DNA of 64,000 bases, taken from Ignavibacteriales bacterium (GTDB lineage: Bacteria; Bacteroidota; Ignavibacteria; Ignavibacteriales; Ignavibacteriaceae). Below are positions 30,330-41,173 of the stretch, piece by piece (positions within the stretch are counted from its first letter, which is position 1; each line of letters starts with the position of its first letter). Below the pieces are notes generated by a model that ran no database searches, was not told where the DNA came from, and saw only the letters and a list, made by a program, of their open reading frames with translations. The position numbers and the translations under genes are program-made. The DNA lies in NCBI GenBank assembly GCA_016714125.1, contig JADJNX010000006.1, forward strand, positions 111,681 to 175,680, read 5' to 3'.

Positions 30330-33300
30330 ATGAGTCTGAGAGTGATTAAACCCGGACTTTTTGTTTTTTTTATCATGCTCCTTTTTCTTCAGAGCGTAAA
30401 TCTTAATGGACAGTCTGTTCAGGTTGGGAATGGCAGTTACAGCACCGTACTACCTTCCGGAGCTATCGGACCATCATCCTCACAAGGCTCGCCTGTAGTT
30501 CCAAAAGTTTCATTAAGTTTTAATCAGCCTGTTCAGACCAACGATTGGTGGAGCAGCCTGATTTTTCCGTTTTACGGGAGTCAACATTCCAATACCTTGT
30601 ATGTGTTACCTTTAGTGGTAAAAGCGGGAGCCGATGGATTGGGAATGGGATATACAAAAGATCCGGTTTTTGCAGCAGCAGATTACCTGTACCCATATCA
30701 ACAGCAACTTACTGTTGGCGTTGAGGGATTAAATTCATCAAGAACGCTCGTTGAAGGGTATGGTGACTGGACAGTAACAGCATCGTGGAATGACGGGGTC
30801 AGATCGATGAAAACCACTATTGGTCACGGTTTGCCTTATGCATTTTTTACCCTTGCCGGTGGGAATGCAAAAGTGGTATGTAAAGAGACACCGGTAATCT
30901 GGTCAAATTCCAACGGAGTTGTTGGTTTAACTGTTGCAGGCAGACATTATGGTATATTTGGACCATCTGGCTCGGTCTGGACGGGCACCACGACACTTGT
31001 ATCAAACCTCAACGGAAAAGATTTTCTTTCCGTGGCGATTTTACCCGATAACACCCCCGCAACTTTGGAATATTATAGAAAACGGGCTTATGCTTTTGTG
31101 ACAGGCAGTACCGTATCCTGGACTTATGATAAACAAAATGCTGAGGTTGTTACCAATTTTAGTTATCAAAGCGTGTTAAAAGACAGCGCAGCAGGGAACC
31201 TGAATGGAACCTTGACTGCATTGTTCAGACACCAGTGGATTAATACAAACGCCCCCTCACTTCATATTCTTATGTCTCCGTAAGGGGTCAAATGAAAATA
31301 TTTGACGGGAATACCTTTTCAACAACCAACGATTTTAATGGTATCCTTCCCGCTTTCCCCGATGAAGGAATTTATAATCCTGCAATTTTGGGATCCTATA
31401 TCGATTCAATTGCAATGGAGACACTCTCTCCGGACCAATCTATGAGAACGGGAAATCAATCGCCAGATTTGCTCATGTTGTGAGGATAGCCGATCAACTT
31501 GGAAAAACCGCTGCTCGTGATCACTTCCTTCAGCAGATTAAAAACAGACTTGAAGCATGGTTAACCGTTGGCGGCGGAGCAGAAATTTCATGGATTGCCA
31601 ACTGGAATACTCTTTCTGCATACCCATCAGGGTATGGAGCGGATAACCAGCTTAACGACCATAATTTTCATTATGGGTACTTGATTGTAGCTGCCGCAAC
31701 TTTGGCTCAATACGACCCCCAATGGGCTTTGGAATCGCAGTGGGGTGGAATGATCAACCTGCTCATTAAAGATTGTGTGAACTGGGACAGGAACGACAGA
31801 AGATTTCCTTTTTTAAGAAGTTTTGATCCGTATGAAGGTCACTCGTGGGAAGCAGGTCACGGAGATTTTGGCGACGGAAACAATGAGGAATCCAGCTCGG
31901 AATCGATGAATTTTGCTTATGGCGTGGCTTTATGGGGTTCTGTAACTCAAAATGATACCATTCGAGATCTTGGGATTTATCTCTATGCTAACGAAAGAGC
32001 TGCAATAGAACAATACTTTTTTGACATAGATAATGTAGTTTTCCCGGCTTCTTATCCCAGAACTGCTTTGGGTATGGTTTGGGGTGGCAAAGGTGTATAT
32101 TCCACCTGGTTTGGTGCCGATCCCGAATTTATCCACGGAATTAACTTCCTCCCAATGACGGGTGGATCGTTATATCATGGAAGAAATCCTGAATATATCG
32201 ATATAAATTACGGCGAAATGGTGAACGAAATTGGAAGCAAACCCCGCAAGTGGAAAGATGTTATTTGGCAGTGGTATGCTTTTTCTGATCCACAATTTGC
32301 GATGAATCAGTTTTATGCAGAACCTTATTACGAGCAGTTTGATGGAGAATCCAGGGCGCATACTTATCACTGGCTGGGTAATCTTAGGAAAATCGGGAAG
32401 CTTAACACCACTGTAACTGCTGATATTCCTACTTATGCGGTTTTTAAATCGGGTTCACAAAAGAATACCTATGTGGCGTATAACCCGGGAAACAGTCCCT
32501 TGACTGTTAATTTTTCAGATGGATACTCGATGTTGGTCCCGGGAAGATCGATGAAATCTTTCAACAGTGACACTTCAGGTGTGGGGATGCCCGTGGCAGT
32601 TCCAATATCCGATGTTTCAAAGGGAAAAGCTCCACTTACTGTAAAGTTTAAGGGGAGTAACAGTTTTGACAGAAACGGCACCATTACCTCATATCATTGG
32701 GATTTTGGTGATTCCACAATGGCTTACAGTGCTGATACAACCCATGTCTACAGAAATCCCGGCGTTTACACAGCGGTTCTTACCGTTAAAAACAATTTAA
32801 ATCTCACCGGTGTTGGTGAGATTGTAATCACTGTGGATGGAAACGGCACACCTTATACCGGAACTCCAAAAACTGTTCCCGGTAAAATTGAGGCTGAGGA
32901 ATTTGATCTTGGTGGTGAAGGAGTTGCTTATCATGACAGTGATCCTCAAAATGTAGGAGTTCCATTCCGTCCAAATGAGGGAGTTGACATCGAAGGATGT
33001 GGAGATGTTGGTGGTGGATATGATGTCGGCTGGATAAAGGCAGGTGAATGGATGGAATATACCATTAATGTGACTGAGACGGGATATTATGACTTCTCAG
33101 CCAGAACAGCCTCTGTCCCGGGGGGTGGAGCATACCACATCGCTATTGACGGAATTAATGTAACAGGTAGAAAGACTGTACCTGTAACAGGTGGATGGCA
33201 GTTCTGGACAAATGTAATCTCAACAAGCATCCGGCTCGAAGCGGGTGTACACATCATGAGATTTGAAGCTGAAGGACCGGAGTTTAATTTTAACTACATT

Positions 33301-33615
33301 AACATTGTTCGCAACCTGACAGGAATTGAATCAACAGCAGCGGATCAACCAACGGAATATACTCTAAATCAAAATTATCCAAATCCGTTTAATCCTTCTA
33401 CTGCTATCCGGTTTGCATTGCCGCAATCGGGTCTCGTGAAACTTGTTGTTTATAATTCTCTTGGCGAAGAGCAGACAACACTCATTAACGGGATGATGGA
33501 ATCCGGATTTCATTCGGTCGTTTTTGATGCTAAAGGACTTCCAAGTGGAGTTTATTTTGTGAGAATGGTTGCCGGCAACTATATTTCGACCAAAAAAATG
33601 GTTTTATTAAGATGA
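30330..33615 (+). CDS. GH81 endo-beta-1,3-glucanase with PKD domain, CBM6-like module and T9SS CTD; frame broken near 31253 and 31430
   Basis: GH81 signatures LNDHNFHYGY, EGHSWEAG and NEESSSES. PKD segment PLTVKFKGS..YHWDFGDS..GVYTAVLTV. CBM6-like GKIEAEEFDLGGEGVAYHD. CTD NYPNPFNPSTAIRF. The first break is in a C5 run. Confidence 0.8.
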
Positions 33616-34532
33616 GTAGAAACTTCAAAGGAAGCAAAACAATAGTTAAAATTGTTTTGTTGCTCTTTTTTATTTTGTTTATTGGCTGTAAAGGATCAGA
33701 GAGTTCTCCAACGGATCCCGGAGATCCCGGTGTTGTGGTGCCAACAAAAAGTCCAAAGAGGGGGCTTTCATACAACCTGACAAACAGCAGCGACTTTGCA
33801 GCACTGAAAAGTGGTGTCTCCTGGTGGTATAACTGGTTTTATACAACAACAGCACCAACGGGGTATTATTCCGCCTACGAGATGGAATTTATCCCTATGC
33901 TTTGGGGAGGAAGTCCCTCAAGCAACGATATTCTCGCAGTTAAAAATTTCATTTTGGGTCATCCTGAAGTGAAATATCTGTTGGTAATGAATGAACCCAA
34001 TCTCACTGATCAGGCAAACAGAACCCCGCAGCAGGCGGCCGCCGACTGGCCAAAATATGAACAGGTTATTGCCGATCTTGCAGCCCAGGGAAGGACAATT
34101 TATCTTGTGGGTCCTCAAATGAATTGGGGTACAATGACAAATTATTCCGATCCCGTTGTGTGGCTTGATGCTTTTTATACTGCGTATAAAGTTAACAATG
34201 GCGGTGTGCCACCCAAAATCGATTATCTTGCATTTCACTGGTATGATTATGGACTGGCGGCTCAGTTGGACAGATTAAAAAAATATGACAAAAAAATCTG
34301 GATAACCGAAATGGCTAACTGGAATCCTCAAATCAACAGTTATGCAAAACAGGCAGAACAAATGACTCAGATGGTTGCAGTTTGTGAGAGCAGAAGTGAT
34401 GTTTTCCGTTACGCCTGGTTCATCGGAAGAGGAGGACTGCCCGATAATAAATATACCTATCTTTTTGAACAAACTCCCGGTCAGTTAAATGACTTGGGGC
34501 GGCTCTATCTTAGTCTGCCTTGGACTAAATAG
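33612..34532 (+). CDS. GH128-like (Glyco_hydro_cc) beta-1,3-glucanase lipoprotein
   Basis: Lipobox LFIGC. KRGLSYN...SWWYNW, EFIPMLWGG, VMNEPN and IWITEMANW motifs. ATGA overlap with the GH81 stop. Confidence 0.7.
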   Translation: MSRNFKGSKTIVKIVLLLFFILFIGCKGSESSPTDPGDPGVVVPTKSPKRGLSYNLTNSSDFAALKSGVSWWYNWFYTTTAPTGYYSAYEMEFIPMLWGGSPSSNDILAVKNFILGHPEVKYLLVMNEPNLTDQANRTPQQAAADWPKYEQVIADLAAQGRTIYLVGPQMNWGTMTNYSDPVVWLDAFYTAYKVNNGGVPPKIDYLAFHWYDYGLAAQLDRLKKYDKKIWITEMANWNPQINSYAKQAEQMTQMVAVCESRSDVFRYAWFIGRGGLPDNKYTYLFEQTPGQLNDLGRLYLSLPWTK

Positions 34533-34568
34533 ACCACAATTTAAATCTAAACGGTTAAAATACACAAC

Positions 34569-34599
34569 AAAAAGGCTGCCAATTTTGGCAGCCTTTTTT
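34569..34599. terminator. Bidirectional rho-independent terminator
   Basis: AAAAGGCTGCC-AATTTT-GGCAGCCTTTTTT lies between convergent genes. Confidence 0.75.
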
Positions 34600-34621
34600 A
34601 ATATATAATCCCGACGGTTGG

Positions 34622-35168
34622 TTAGCTTTTTACTAACTGAACTTCGCACAACAGTTTAACATCTTCGCCAACAAGAACTCCACCTGTTTCGAGGGCGGCA
34701 TTCCAGGTTAGACCAAAATCTTTTCTGTTGATCTTTCCTGAGAGTGAAAATCCGGCTTTGATGTTTCCCCATGGATCTTTCATCAAACCGCTGTATTCAG
34801 CATCGAGGGTAATCTTTTTTTGTTACATCTTTAATTGTGAAGTCGCCTGATACCTTAAAGTTGTTTTCATCAACTTTTTCGATTTCTGTTGAAACAAATG
34901 AGAGTTTGGCGAAATTTTCAACATCAAAAAAGTCGGCACTTCTAAGGTGATTGTCTCTGTCAGTATTGCTTGTGTCGATTGAAGTTACATCTGCAATGAA
35001 GCTGATATTTGAAGATTCAAATTTATCATCTTCGTTTACAACTGTTGCTTCAAATGATTTAAATTTTCCGGAGACATTTGTAAACATCATATGTTTTACT
35101 TTGAATCCGATTTCTGAGTGTGTTGGGTCGATTGACCAGTTAGTTTTTGCCATTTTATTGTTCTCCAT
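34622..35168 (-). CDS. YceI-family polyisoprenoid-binding protein, frame broken near 34810
   Basis: WSIDPTHSEIGFKVKHMMFTNVSGKF motif. Reading an A7 run as A6 restores ..DVTKKITLDAEYSGLMKDPWGN..VQLVKS. Confidence 0.8.
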
Positions 35169-35185
35169 TATTTGATTTTAAAAAA

Positions 35186-35902
35186 TTAAACGATCATTGG
35201 TACTTCCATCAACAAGAGGGAAGTTTTTGATTCTGCTGTAAAAGAAACTTTATTTGTATCCCATAATCCAAGACCATCGCGTGTTGAAAGATCGTGTCCA
35301 TCAACGATTACATCACCATCAAGTACATATACATACAAACCATTTTCAGGCGACTTAAATTCATAATCAAGCGATTTCCCTTTTTCAAGATCGGACATAT
35401 GAAACCAGGCATTTTGATGTATCCATACTCCCTCATCTTCTGAAGACGGGGAAAGAATCTGCTGAAAACGATTTTTTCTGTCTTCTGTATTAAGGGTTAT
35501 TTGGTCATACCGGGGTGTAACACCTTTTTCATTAGGGAATATCCAGATTTGAAGAAATTTTACGGGACTGTCATCGTTTTTGTTGTATTCGCTGTGTTTA
35601 ATACCCGTACCTGCGCTCATCACCTGAATATCACCATTCCTGATAACTGTTGTATTCTCCATACTGTCTTTATGTTCAAGATCGCCTTCAAGAGGAATCG
35701 AGATGATTTCCATATTATCATGATGATGTGTGCCAAAGCCCATACCGGGGGCAACAATATCATCGTTGATGACCCGGATGGCTCCGAAGTGCATTCTTTC
35801 CGGATCGTAATAATTTGCAAAACTAAATGTGTGTCTGCTTTTTAACCAGCCATGGTTTGCATCACCTCTGGTGGAAGCTTTGTGCAATACTGTCTGTGTC
35901 AT
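35186..35902 (-). CDS. Pirin-family protein
   Basis: GFGTHHHDNMEIISIPLEGDLEHKDS cupin metal-binding motif; bicupin length. Confidence 0.85.
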   Translation of the reverse strand: MTQTVLHKASTRGDANHGWLKSRHTFSFANYYDPERMHFGAIRVINDDIVAPGMGFGTHHHDNMEIISIPLEGDLEHKDSMENTTVIRNGDIQVMSAGTGIKHSEYNKNDDSPVKFLQIWIFPNEKGVTPRYDQITLNTEDRKNRFQQILSPSSEDEGVWIHQNAWFHMSDLEKGKSLDYEFKSPENGLYVYVLDGDVIVDGHDLSTRDGLGLWDTNKVSFTAESKTSLLLMEVPMIV

Positions 35903-36002
35903 GATTTTGTGTCCGTTTTTTTCTAAATTTACTGTACAAAGTTACCTTACATACGCCCCCTTCCAATGAACCAGATTATGAAAAAAGGTTAAGGTAGGTT
36001 AA

Positions 36003-36140
36003 GAGGATGGTTACGCGGATTACACGGATTTTCACGGAGAGAGGGGACGCAGATACACGCAGATTAGACAGATTTTCGCGGAGGAATATCGTTAGTGACA
36101 GGAGCGACAATCGTCCTCGATTGTCATCTGAAAATGACAT
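36003..36140. repeat. Copy of the modular interspersed repeat family
   Basis: GGATGGTTACGCGGATTACACGGATTTTCACGGA, GGGGACGCAGATACACGCAGATTAGACAGATTTTCGCGGAG and the GACAATCG-TCCT-CGATTGTC hairpin. Confidence 0.8.
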
Positions 36141-36161
36141 AAATTTTGGATATCGGAGATA

Positions 36162-36761
36162 TTACTTTTTTCGGAGGGATTCGTTTCTGACTTTGGAGAG
36201 GAATTCGGGGGTGATGCCGAGGAACTGCGCTATTTGTTTTTGGGGGAGGGTATTAATTAATGTGGGATATACCTGACAAAATTTTCCGTAACGTTCCTTG
36301 GCTGTCAGGCTCATGTTGTCTAAAAGTCGTCGATGGCTGTTGACGAGGGAGTTTTCGGTAATGATTCTGAAATATCTTTCGAGAGTTGGAACTTCATCAA
36401 AAAGATCAAGTTGATCCACTCGTGTAAGAAGTAAAACTTCCGTGTCTTCCACGGCGTTGATGTTCAAATAACTCTCTTTTTCAGAAATAAAACTGTACAT
36501 GTCAGTTATCCACCAGTTGGCAGGAGCAAATTGTAGGATGTGTTCAAAGCCGTTTTCATCGATGGAATATGAACGGAGGCAACCTGAAACCACAAATGCA
36601 GCAGACTTCGCAATCTGACCCTCATGAAGGTAAAACTGTTTCCGTTTAATCACTTTTCGGGTTAATCTCGAAAAAATCTTCTCTTCGTCTTCAGGCGAAA
36701 GTTCAGTATGCCTTTTGATTCCTTCAAAAAGTTTTTCTGCTTTTTCTTTCATCTCTTCCAT
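36162..36761 (-). CDS. Crp/Fnr-family transcriptional regulator
   Basis: cNMP-binding beta-roll followed by a C-terminal HTH (QKQIAQFLGITPEFLSKVR). Confidence 0.8.
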   Translation of the reverse strand: MEEMKEKAEKLFEGIKRHTELSPEDEEKIFSRLTRKVIKRKQFYLHEGQIAKSAAFVVSGCLRSYSIDENGFEHILQFAPANWWITDMYSFISEKESYLNINAVEDTEVLLLTRVDQLDLFDEVPTLERYFRIITENSLVNSHRRLLDNMSLTAKERYGKFCQVYPTLINTLPQKQIAQFLGITPEFLSKVRNESLRKK

Positions 36762-36881
36762 GCAAACTCTTTATTTACTTGACAGGCAAAGATGCTGAAA
36801 ATTGTAAAATAAACAATGGGAAACAAAGACGATTTCTTTTTATTTTTGACTGAACATTTAAATATTTATTCAGAGATCATT

Positions 36882-37910
36882 ATGTTTGAAAAAATTGACC
36901 GCCTGCATTTTGCAAATCTTCCCACACCTCTTGAACCTGCTGAAAAACTTGCCGCCCATCTTGGACTAAAATCATTCCTTTTTAAGAGGGACGACATGAC
37001 GGGGCTTGCGATGGGGGGTAATAAAGCCAGAAAACTTGAGTTTGAACTCGCAAGTGTTGTTGCCGGTGGGTATGACACCATAATTACAGTTGGAGGTCAA
37101 CAGTCGAACCATGCAAGAATGACTGCGGCTGCCTGCCGAAAACTTGGAATTGATATTAAACTGGTACTTGGAGGAAAGGATTTTACCGAATTTAAGGGGA
37201 ATCTGCTTCTCGACACTCTTTTTGGAGCTGATATCAGATATATTTCCGGGAGTGATGAGGATGATGACCTTGAGGCACTTCAGAAGAAATGGTTTGATGA
37301 ATTGGCAGAAGAAGGGAAAAAACCGTATTCACTTCCTTTGGGAGGGTCAACTCCACTTGGGACACTTGGGTATGTGGTAGCCATGGAAGAGCTGAAAAGT
37401 CAACTTCCGGATGACAAGGTACAGATATTTTGTGCAGTGGGTTCGTGTGGGACTCTTGCGGGAGCGGTTTTGGGAGCTGCCCTGTTTTTGCCAAATGCAA
37501 AGGTATATGGAATCAGTGTTTCCCGAACAAAAGAGGACATTTATAAAAGGACAAGGGAATTGATCAGAGAAAGTGCCAAATTGATCGATGCCGATCCTGA
37601 CCTGTCAGAGACAGAGTTTTTTGTTTATGACTGTTACCACGAAGAGTATGCCAAACATATCAAAATAGCCATGGATGCCGGAGAAGTTTGTGCAAGACTT
37701 GAAGGGATGATAATTGATCAGGTTTATACCGGAAAAGCAATGGCGGGACTTTTTGATCTTGCAAAAACAGGTGTTTTAAACAAAGAAGAACCCGTAATAT
37801 TCCTTCATACAGGTGGAATGCCGGAGGTGTTTTCTGATACACTAAAGTTTGGAGAGTACAAAAAATGCAGAAAATACAGTGTTGAAGAGGTTCAGGAGAT
37901 GAAAAAATGA
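36882..37910 (+). CDS. PLP-dependent D-cysteine desulfhydrase / ACC deaminase family enzyme
   Basis: GGNKARKLEFELA and GGQQSNHARMTAAAC motifs. The start was chosen at MFEKIDRLHF; the ORF track begins at 36816. Confidence 0.8.
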   Translation: MFEKIDRLHFANLPTPLEPAEKLAAHLGLKSFLFKRDDMTGLAMGGNKARKLEFELASVVAGGYDTIITVGGQQSNHARMTAAACRKLGIDIKLVLGGKDFTEFKGNLLLDTLFGADIRYISGSDEDDDLEALQKKWFDELAEEGKKPYSLPLGGSTPLGTLGYVVAMEELKSQLPDDKVQIFCAVGSCGTLAGAVLGAALFLPNAKVYGISVSRTKEDIYKRTRELIRESAKLIDADPDLSETEFFVYDCYHEEYAKHIKIAMDAGEVCARLEGMIIDQVYTGKAMAGLFDLAKTGVLNKEEPVIFLHTGGMPEVFSDTLKFGEYKKCRKYSVEEVQEMKK

Positions 37911-39018
37911 TGAAGCTGTTTCATCCCGATTTCCGCAAAATTCTATTTATTTTTATTGCTTTGTGGGTTGGTGGTTTTGTTGTCAGGGACAGGATGTCAA
38001 ATCCACGGACGAGATAATCACCAAAGTTGACAGTTTGATCCCTGCGCTTCAGGCAAAGTTTAATGTCCCCGGGGTTTCGTATGTTATCCTCAAAGATTAT
38101 GAGATGGTATATTCCCGCAGTTTTGGAGTAAAGGATGTACGCACTAACGAACCCGTGACGGATGAAACAATGTTTGAAGCTTGTTCCATGTCAAAACCGG
38201 TGTTCGCTTACCTGGCGATGAAACAGGTTGAGTCGGGTAATCTTCGACTTGATTCGCCAGTCTGGACTATTTTTGACGATCCCGCATTTCAGGGGCAGGA
38301 ACTTAGGAAAAAAATCACAACAAGAATGTTGCTTTCCCATACTTCAGGATTGCCAAACTGGCGTCCGGGAGATGATGAAGAGAATGGTTATATCCCCATT
38401 GAGTTTGAGCCGGGCTCAAAGTTTGGTTACTCAGGCGAGGGGATGTATTACCTGCAAAAAGTTGTGGAGAAAATAACGGGCAAGTCGCTTGAGGTGTTGG
38501 CAAAAGAAATCCTTTTTGACCGAAATTTTATGAAGAACTCAAGTTTTGTGTATTCAGCGGAGTTTGAAGGGAATCTGGCTGCAGGTCACGACACCCTTGG
38601 GAATTTCAATAAAAAAACCTCCTATTCCAGAGCGAATGCCGGTTTTTCACTCTATTGTTCGGCAATCGACTATGCCTTGTTTTTACTCGATGTCATGGCA
38701 CTCGACCGTAAGGGTGGAGATGCTCTTTCAGCAGAGTTCATCGATCAGATGTTAACACCACAAATAAAAGTTACAACCCGGGAACCCCAGATTCGACCCG
38801 GGAAAGCAAACGGGATTGATATTTTCCGTGGACTCGGTTGGGTGATCGATTCAACCCTTGAGGGTGATATCTGTTATCACAGTGGAGCCAATGGCTCCGG
38901 TTTTAGATGTTACAGCCAATTTAACCGAAAGAAGGGTTCGGGCATTGTGATTATGACCAATGGTGCCGGGGGCTTCGGAGTTTGGGATGCGATTGTCCGG
39001 GAAGTTGGAGATCTTTAG
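37907..39018 (+). CDS. Serine hydrolase (beta-lactamase/transpeptidase-like), probable frame break near 37975
   Basis: S-x-x-K motif (CSMSKPVFAY). The signal-peptide-like MMKLFHPDFRKILFIFIALWVGGF from ATG 37907 is in a different frame from the main ORF (37963-39018). Confidence 0.7.
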
Positions 39019-39084
39019 ATTAATCCAATAATCCAATAATATGAAAACCGTAAGAGAAAGGGGACTGCAAGCCGAAGGCATCCC

Positions 39085-39245
39085 TTTGGGAGATTAGGCG
39101 GATTACCGCGGATGATTTTTGACGAAGGCTCTCAAAATTTCCTCGAAGAGGAATAAATATTCGTAGCATAATTGTCATCATCAACCTCGAATACCCCGTT
39201 TGCGGGGTTTAATATTCACAGACCCCGATTACCGTCACTGCCAAA
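39085..39245. repeat. Copy of the modular interspersed repeat family, inverted relative to the 43.2-kb copy
   Basis: The reverse complement reads AACCCCGCAAACGGGGTA...GCTACGAATATTTATTCCTCTTCGAGGAAATTTTGAG. This matches 43203-43285 module by module. Confidence 0.7.
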
Positions 39246-39280
39246 AATATTAAGTCCTCCAAAATGTCATTTTTCCCTCT

Positions 39281-39943
39281 TTATTTAACTTGTTCAGAAC
39301 TATCAGGACTTAGTAAAATATGTGGATTTCTATTAAAATAGTCATTGAATACAAATACTGCAAGGAAGATATATGCGATAAATCCCACAACAATAACCAG
39401 TTGAACCGAGGATGTTTTCTGAATCTCCTGTTTTGATTTTACATCACAAACTTCACCAGGGCAGTACTGAGCTTTTCCTTTATAAAACATTGAATAAAAT
39501 TTGCAGCCCAGACAAATACCAAACGCAGTTTCCAAGAATAAAAATATAAGGCAAATCAAACATACAATACCGGTAAGAGGGCTGGGTATATTTAATACCG
39601 CTATACTTATGAAAACTATTGCGGCCAAAACTAAACCAATTATCCATGCAAATTTTTTTTGCTGAGCACCAACATATTCGGGCACTTGGTTCCTAACTAT
39701 CAAGCGACCAATTATTAAAAAAGGAGAAAATTTGGGATTGATAACTACACGTATCAGAATATCTGTTAAAAATATTGTAATAGCATACTTTAGAAGTAGA
39801 AAATCCCCTTTAAGAATAACTACCATAATTGAGATAAACATCATTAAAAATAATATTCCCGCTGCAGCTCTTATTTCCCTTTCATTTAAAACAGGAATGT
39901 CGTATCCTTCAACATCTTCTCCAAAGTAAATTATTTTATTCAT
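39281..39943 (-). CDS. DUF4395-like integral membrane protein
   Basis: Four or more TM helices and a C-terminal ETAFGICLGCKFY motif. The family name is recalled from memory. Confidence 0.5.
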   Translation of the reverse strand: MNKIIYFGEDVEGYDIPVLNEREIRAAAGILFLMMFISIMVVILKGDFLLLKYAITIFLTDILIRVVINPKFSPFLIIGRLIVRNQVPEYVGAQQKKFAWIIGLVLAAIVFISIAVLNIPSPLTGIVCLICLIFLFLETAFGICLGCKFYSMFYKGKAQYCPGEVCDVKSKQEIQKTSSVQLVIVVGFIAYIFLAVFVFNDYFNRNPHILLSPDSSEQVK

Positions 39944-40278
39944 TAGATTTTTTCCTTCTTTTTTTAAATTTCTCGATATCGATGAAAATATATTTGATCC
40001 AGGTTGATTATAGATTTCATTATCCGATGCAAAAATATGTAATTAATTAAAAATTTAAACAAAAGATCAACATACGGCAAGTTATGGTGAACCAACGGCA
40101 ATTAGACGTTTTGAAAAAAAATCTACTTTAAAATTTTCTGATTGGCATTGTGTAAATTTCAGTTGAGGTTTATTACCTTTCAAAAGAATTTTGTTTGTGT
40201 TTCAGCAAACATTTGAAGTAACTCTTCTTACGGAGCTTGTAATATTAGATGTCTTCTTCTTGTGAAAAAAGGGGAAGG

Positions 40279-40317
40279 CCCCCCCTTTTTTTTTTTTCCG
40301 TATTTTTTTTTTTTTTT
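40279..40317. repeat. Extreme homopolymer tract C7-T12-CCGTA-T15
   Basis: Read directly from the sequence. Preceded by AAAAAAGGGGAAGG, which can pair with the C/T runs. Confidence 0.9.
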
Positions 40318-40431
40318 CTTAATTTTGAGATCTTAATTTTTCGATTTTACCTTTTAAGTTTGTTGCAAGTTCTCAAGTTGCATATCTACAACAATAATTG
40401 TACATTTAAGTAATTAATCTCAGGTATTTTT

Positions 40432-40761
40432 GTGAAACGGTTTAGCCGGACGCTTGTACTTTATGTCTATATGTTCACCACGCTTTTGTCTATGGCTGGT
40501 GGAACCGGAATAGGTACGTCCTCCATCGTTTCCTTTAAGGCCAGAGGGATTGACCCCAAAGCCCACTACTTCACTTCCTTAAAAATCCCCAAACATATAT
40601 CCCCCGTTTCTCATACGACAATCGATATTCATGATGTTTGGGAAATTGTTGATATTAATAATGTCCCCGGATTTGAAGAAATTGTCATTTCAGAGCCGAC
40701 CGGAAATTACTCAACACCGTCAGTTCAACTTCCCACGAACAAGGCTCCGCCCACCATATAA
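40432..40761 (+). CDS. Hypothetical small secreted protein (GTG start)
   Basis: The ORF has an N-terminal hydrophobic segment. No family recognised. Confidence 0.3.
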   Translation: MKRFSRTLVLYVYMFTTLLSMAGGTGIGTSSIVSFKARGIDPKAHYFTSLKIPKHISPVSHTTIDIHDVWEIVDINNVPGFEEIVISEPTGNYSTPSVQLPTNKAPPTI

Positions 40762-40877
40762 TTCATCACCTTTATTCTATTATTCATGCAGCAAATAACA
40801 GATGCCGCCTAATGTGTTCATCACACATTTGGTGTTGTGTTTGTATTTATTCAATTGATATTTAAAGAGAGAATTAT

Positions 40878-40988
40878 ATGGAAAGCAAAGAAAAAAAAGA
40901 AAGTGCATCATTTTACGGAATGATCATGTTTATAACTCTGATAGTGGGTACAGTAGCCCTGCTGTTAAAGTTCATCATCGGTTTCTGA
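40878..40988 (+). CDS. 36-aa single-TM mini-protein (below ORF-track cut-off)
   Basis: MESKEKKESASFYGMIMFITLIVGTVALLLKFIIGF, with an AAAGAGAG Shine-Dalgarno-like purine run 8 nt upstream. Confidence 0.35.
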   Translation: MESKEKKESASFYGMIMFITLIVGTVALLLKFIIGF

Positions 40989-41009
40989 TTTTGCGGAAGA
41001 TGATTTTTT

Positions 41010-41135
41010 ATGGAAACACCCGCAATTATTACCATGGCAATCGCCTGGACCGTGATAATATCGTTTCTCGTTTATTTCCTTCGGAAAGCAGTTAAAACCC
41101 AGAAAAAGGGTGACGATGCAATCTCAGAGGAATAA
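41010..41135 (+). CDS. 41-aa single-TM mini-protein (below ORF-track cut-off)
   Basis: METPAIITMAIAWTVIISFLVYFLRKAVKTQKKGDDAISEE, followed by a terminator at 41174. Confidence 0.4.
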   Translation: METPAIITMAIAWTVIISFLVYFLRKAVKTQKKGDDAISEE

Positions 41136-41173
41136 TTCATTTATGTAAATGATGACTAAATCGTTTAAAATAA

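Noticed and set aside
36007-36276. 89-aa ORF, and the analogous 73-aa ORF at 43314-43535
   Set aside because: Both are generated by copies of the interspersed repeat (GDADTRRLDRFSRR / GDADTRRLNRVSQM). There is no start context, and the first overlaps the Crp gene end.
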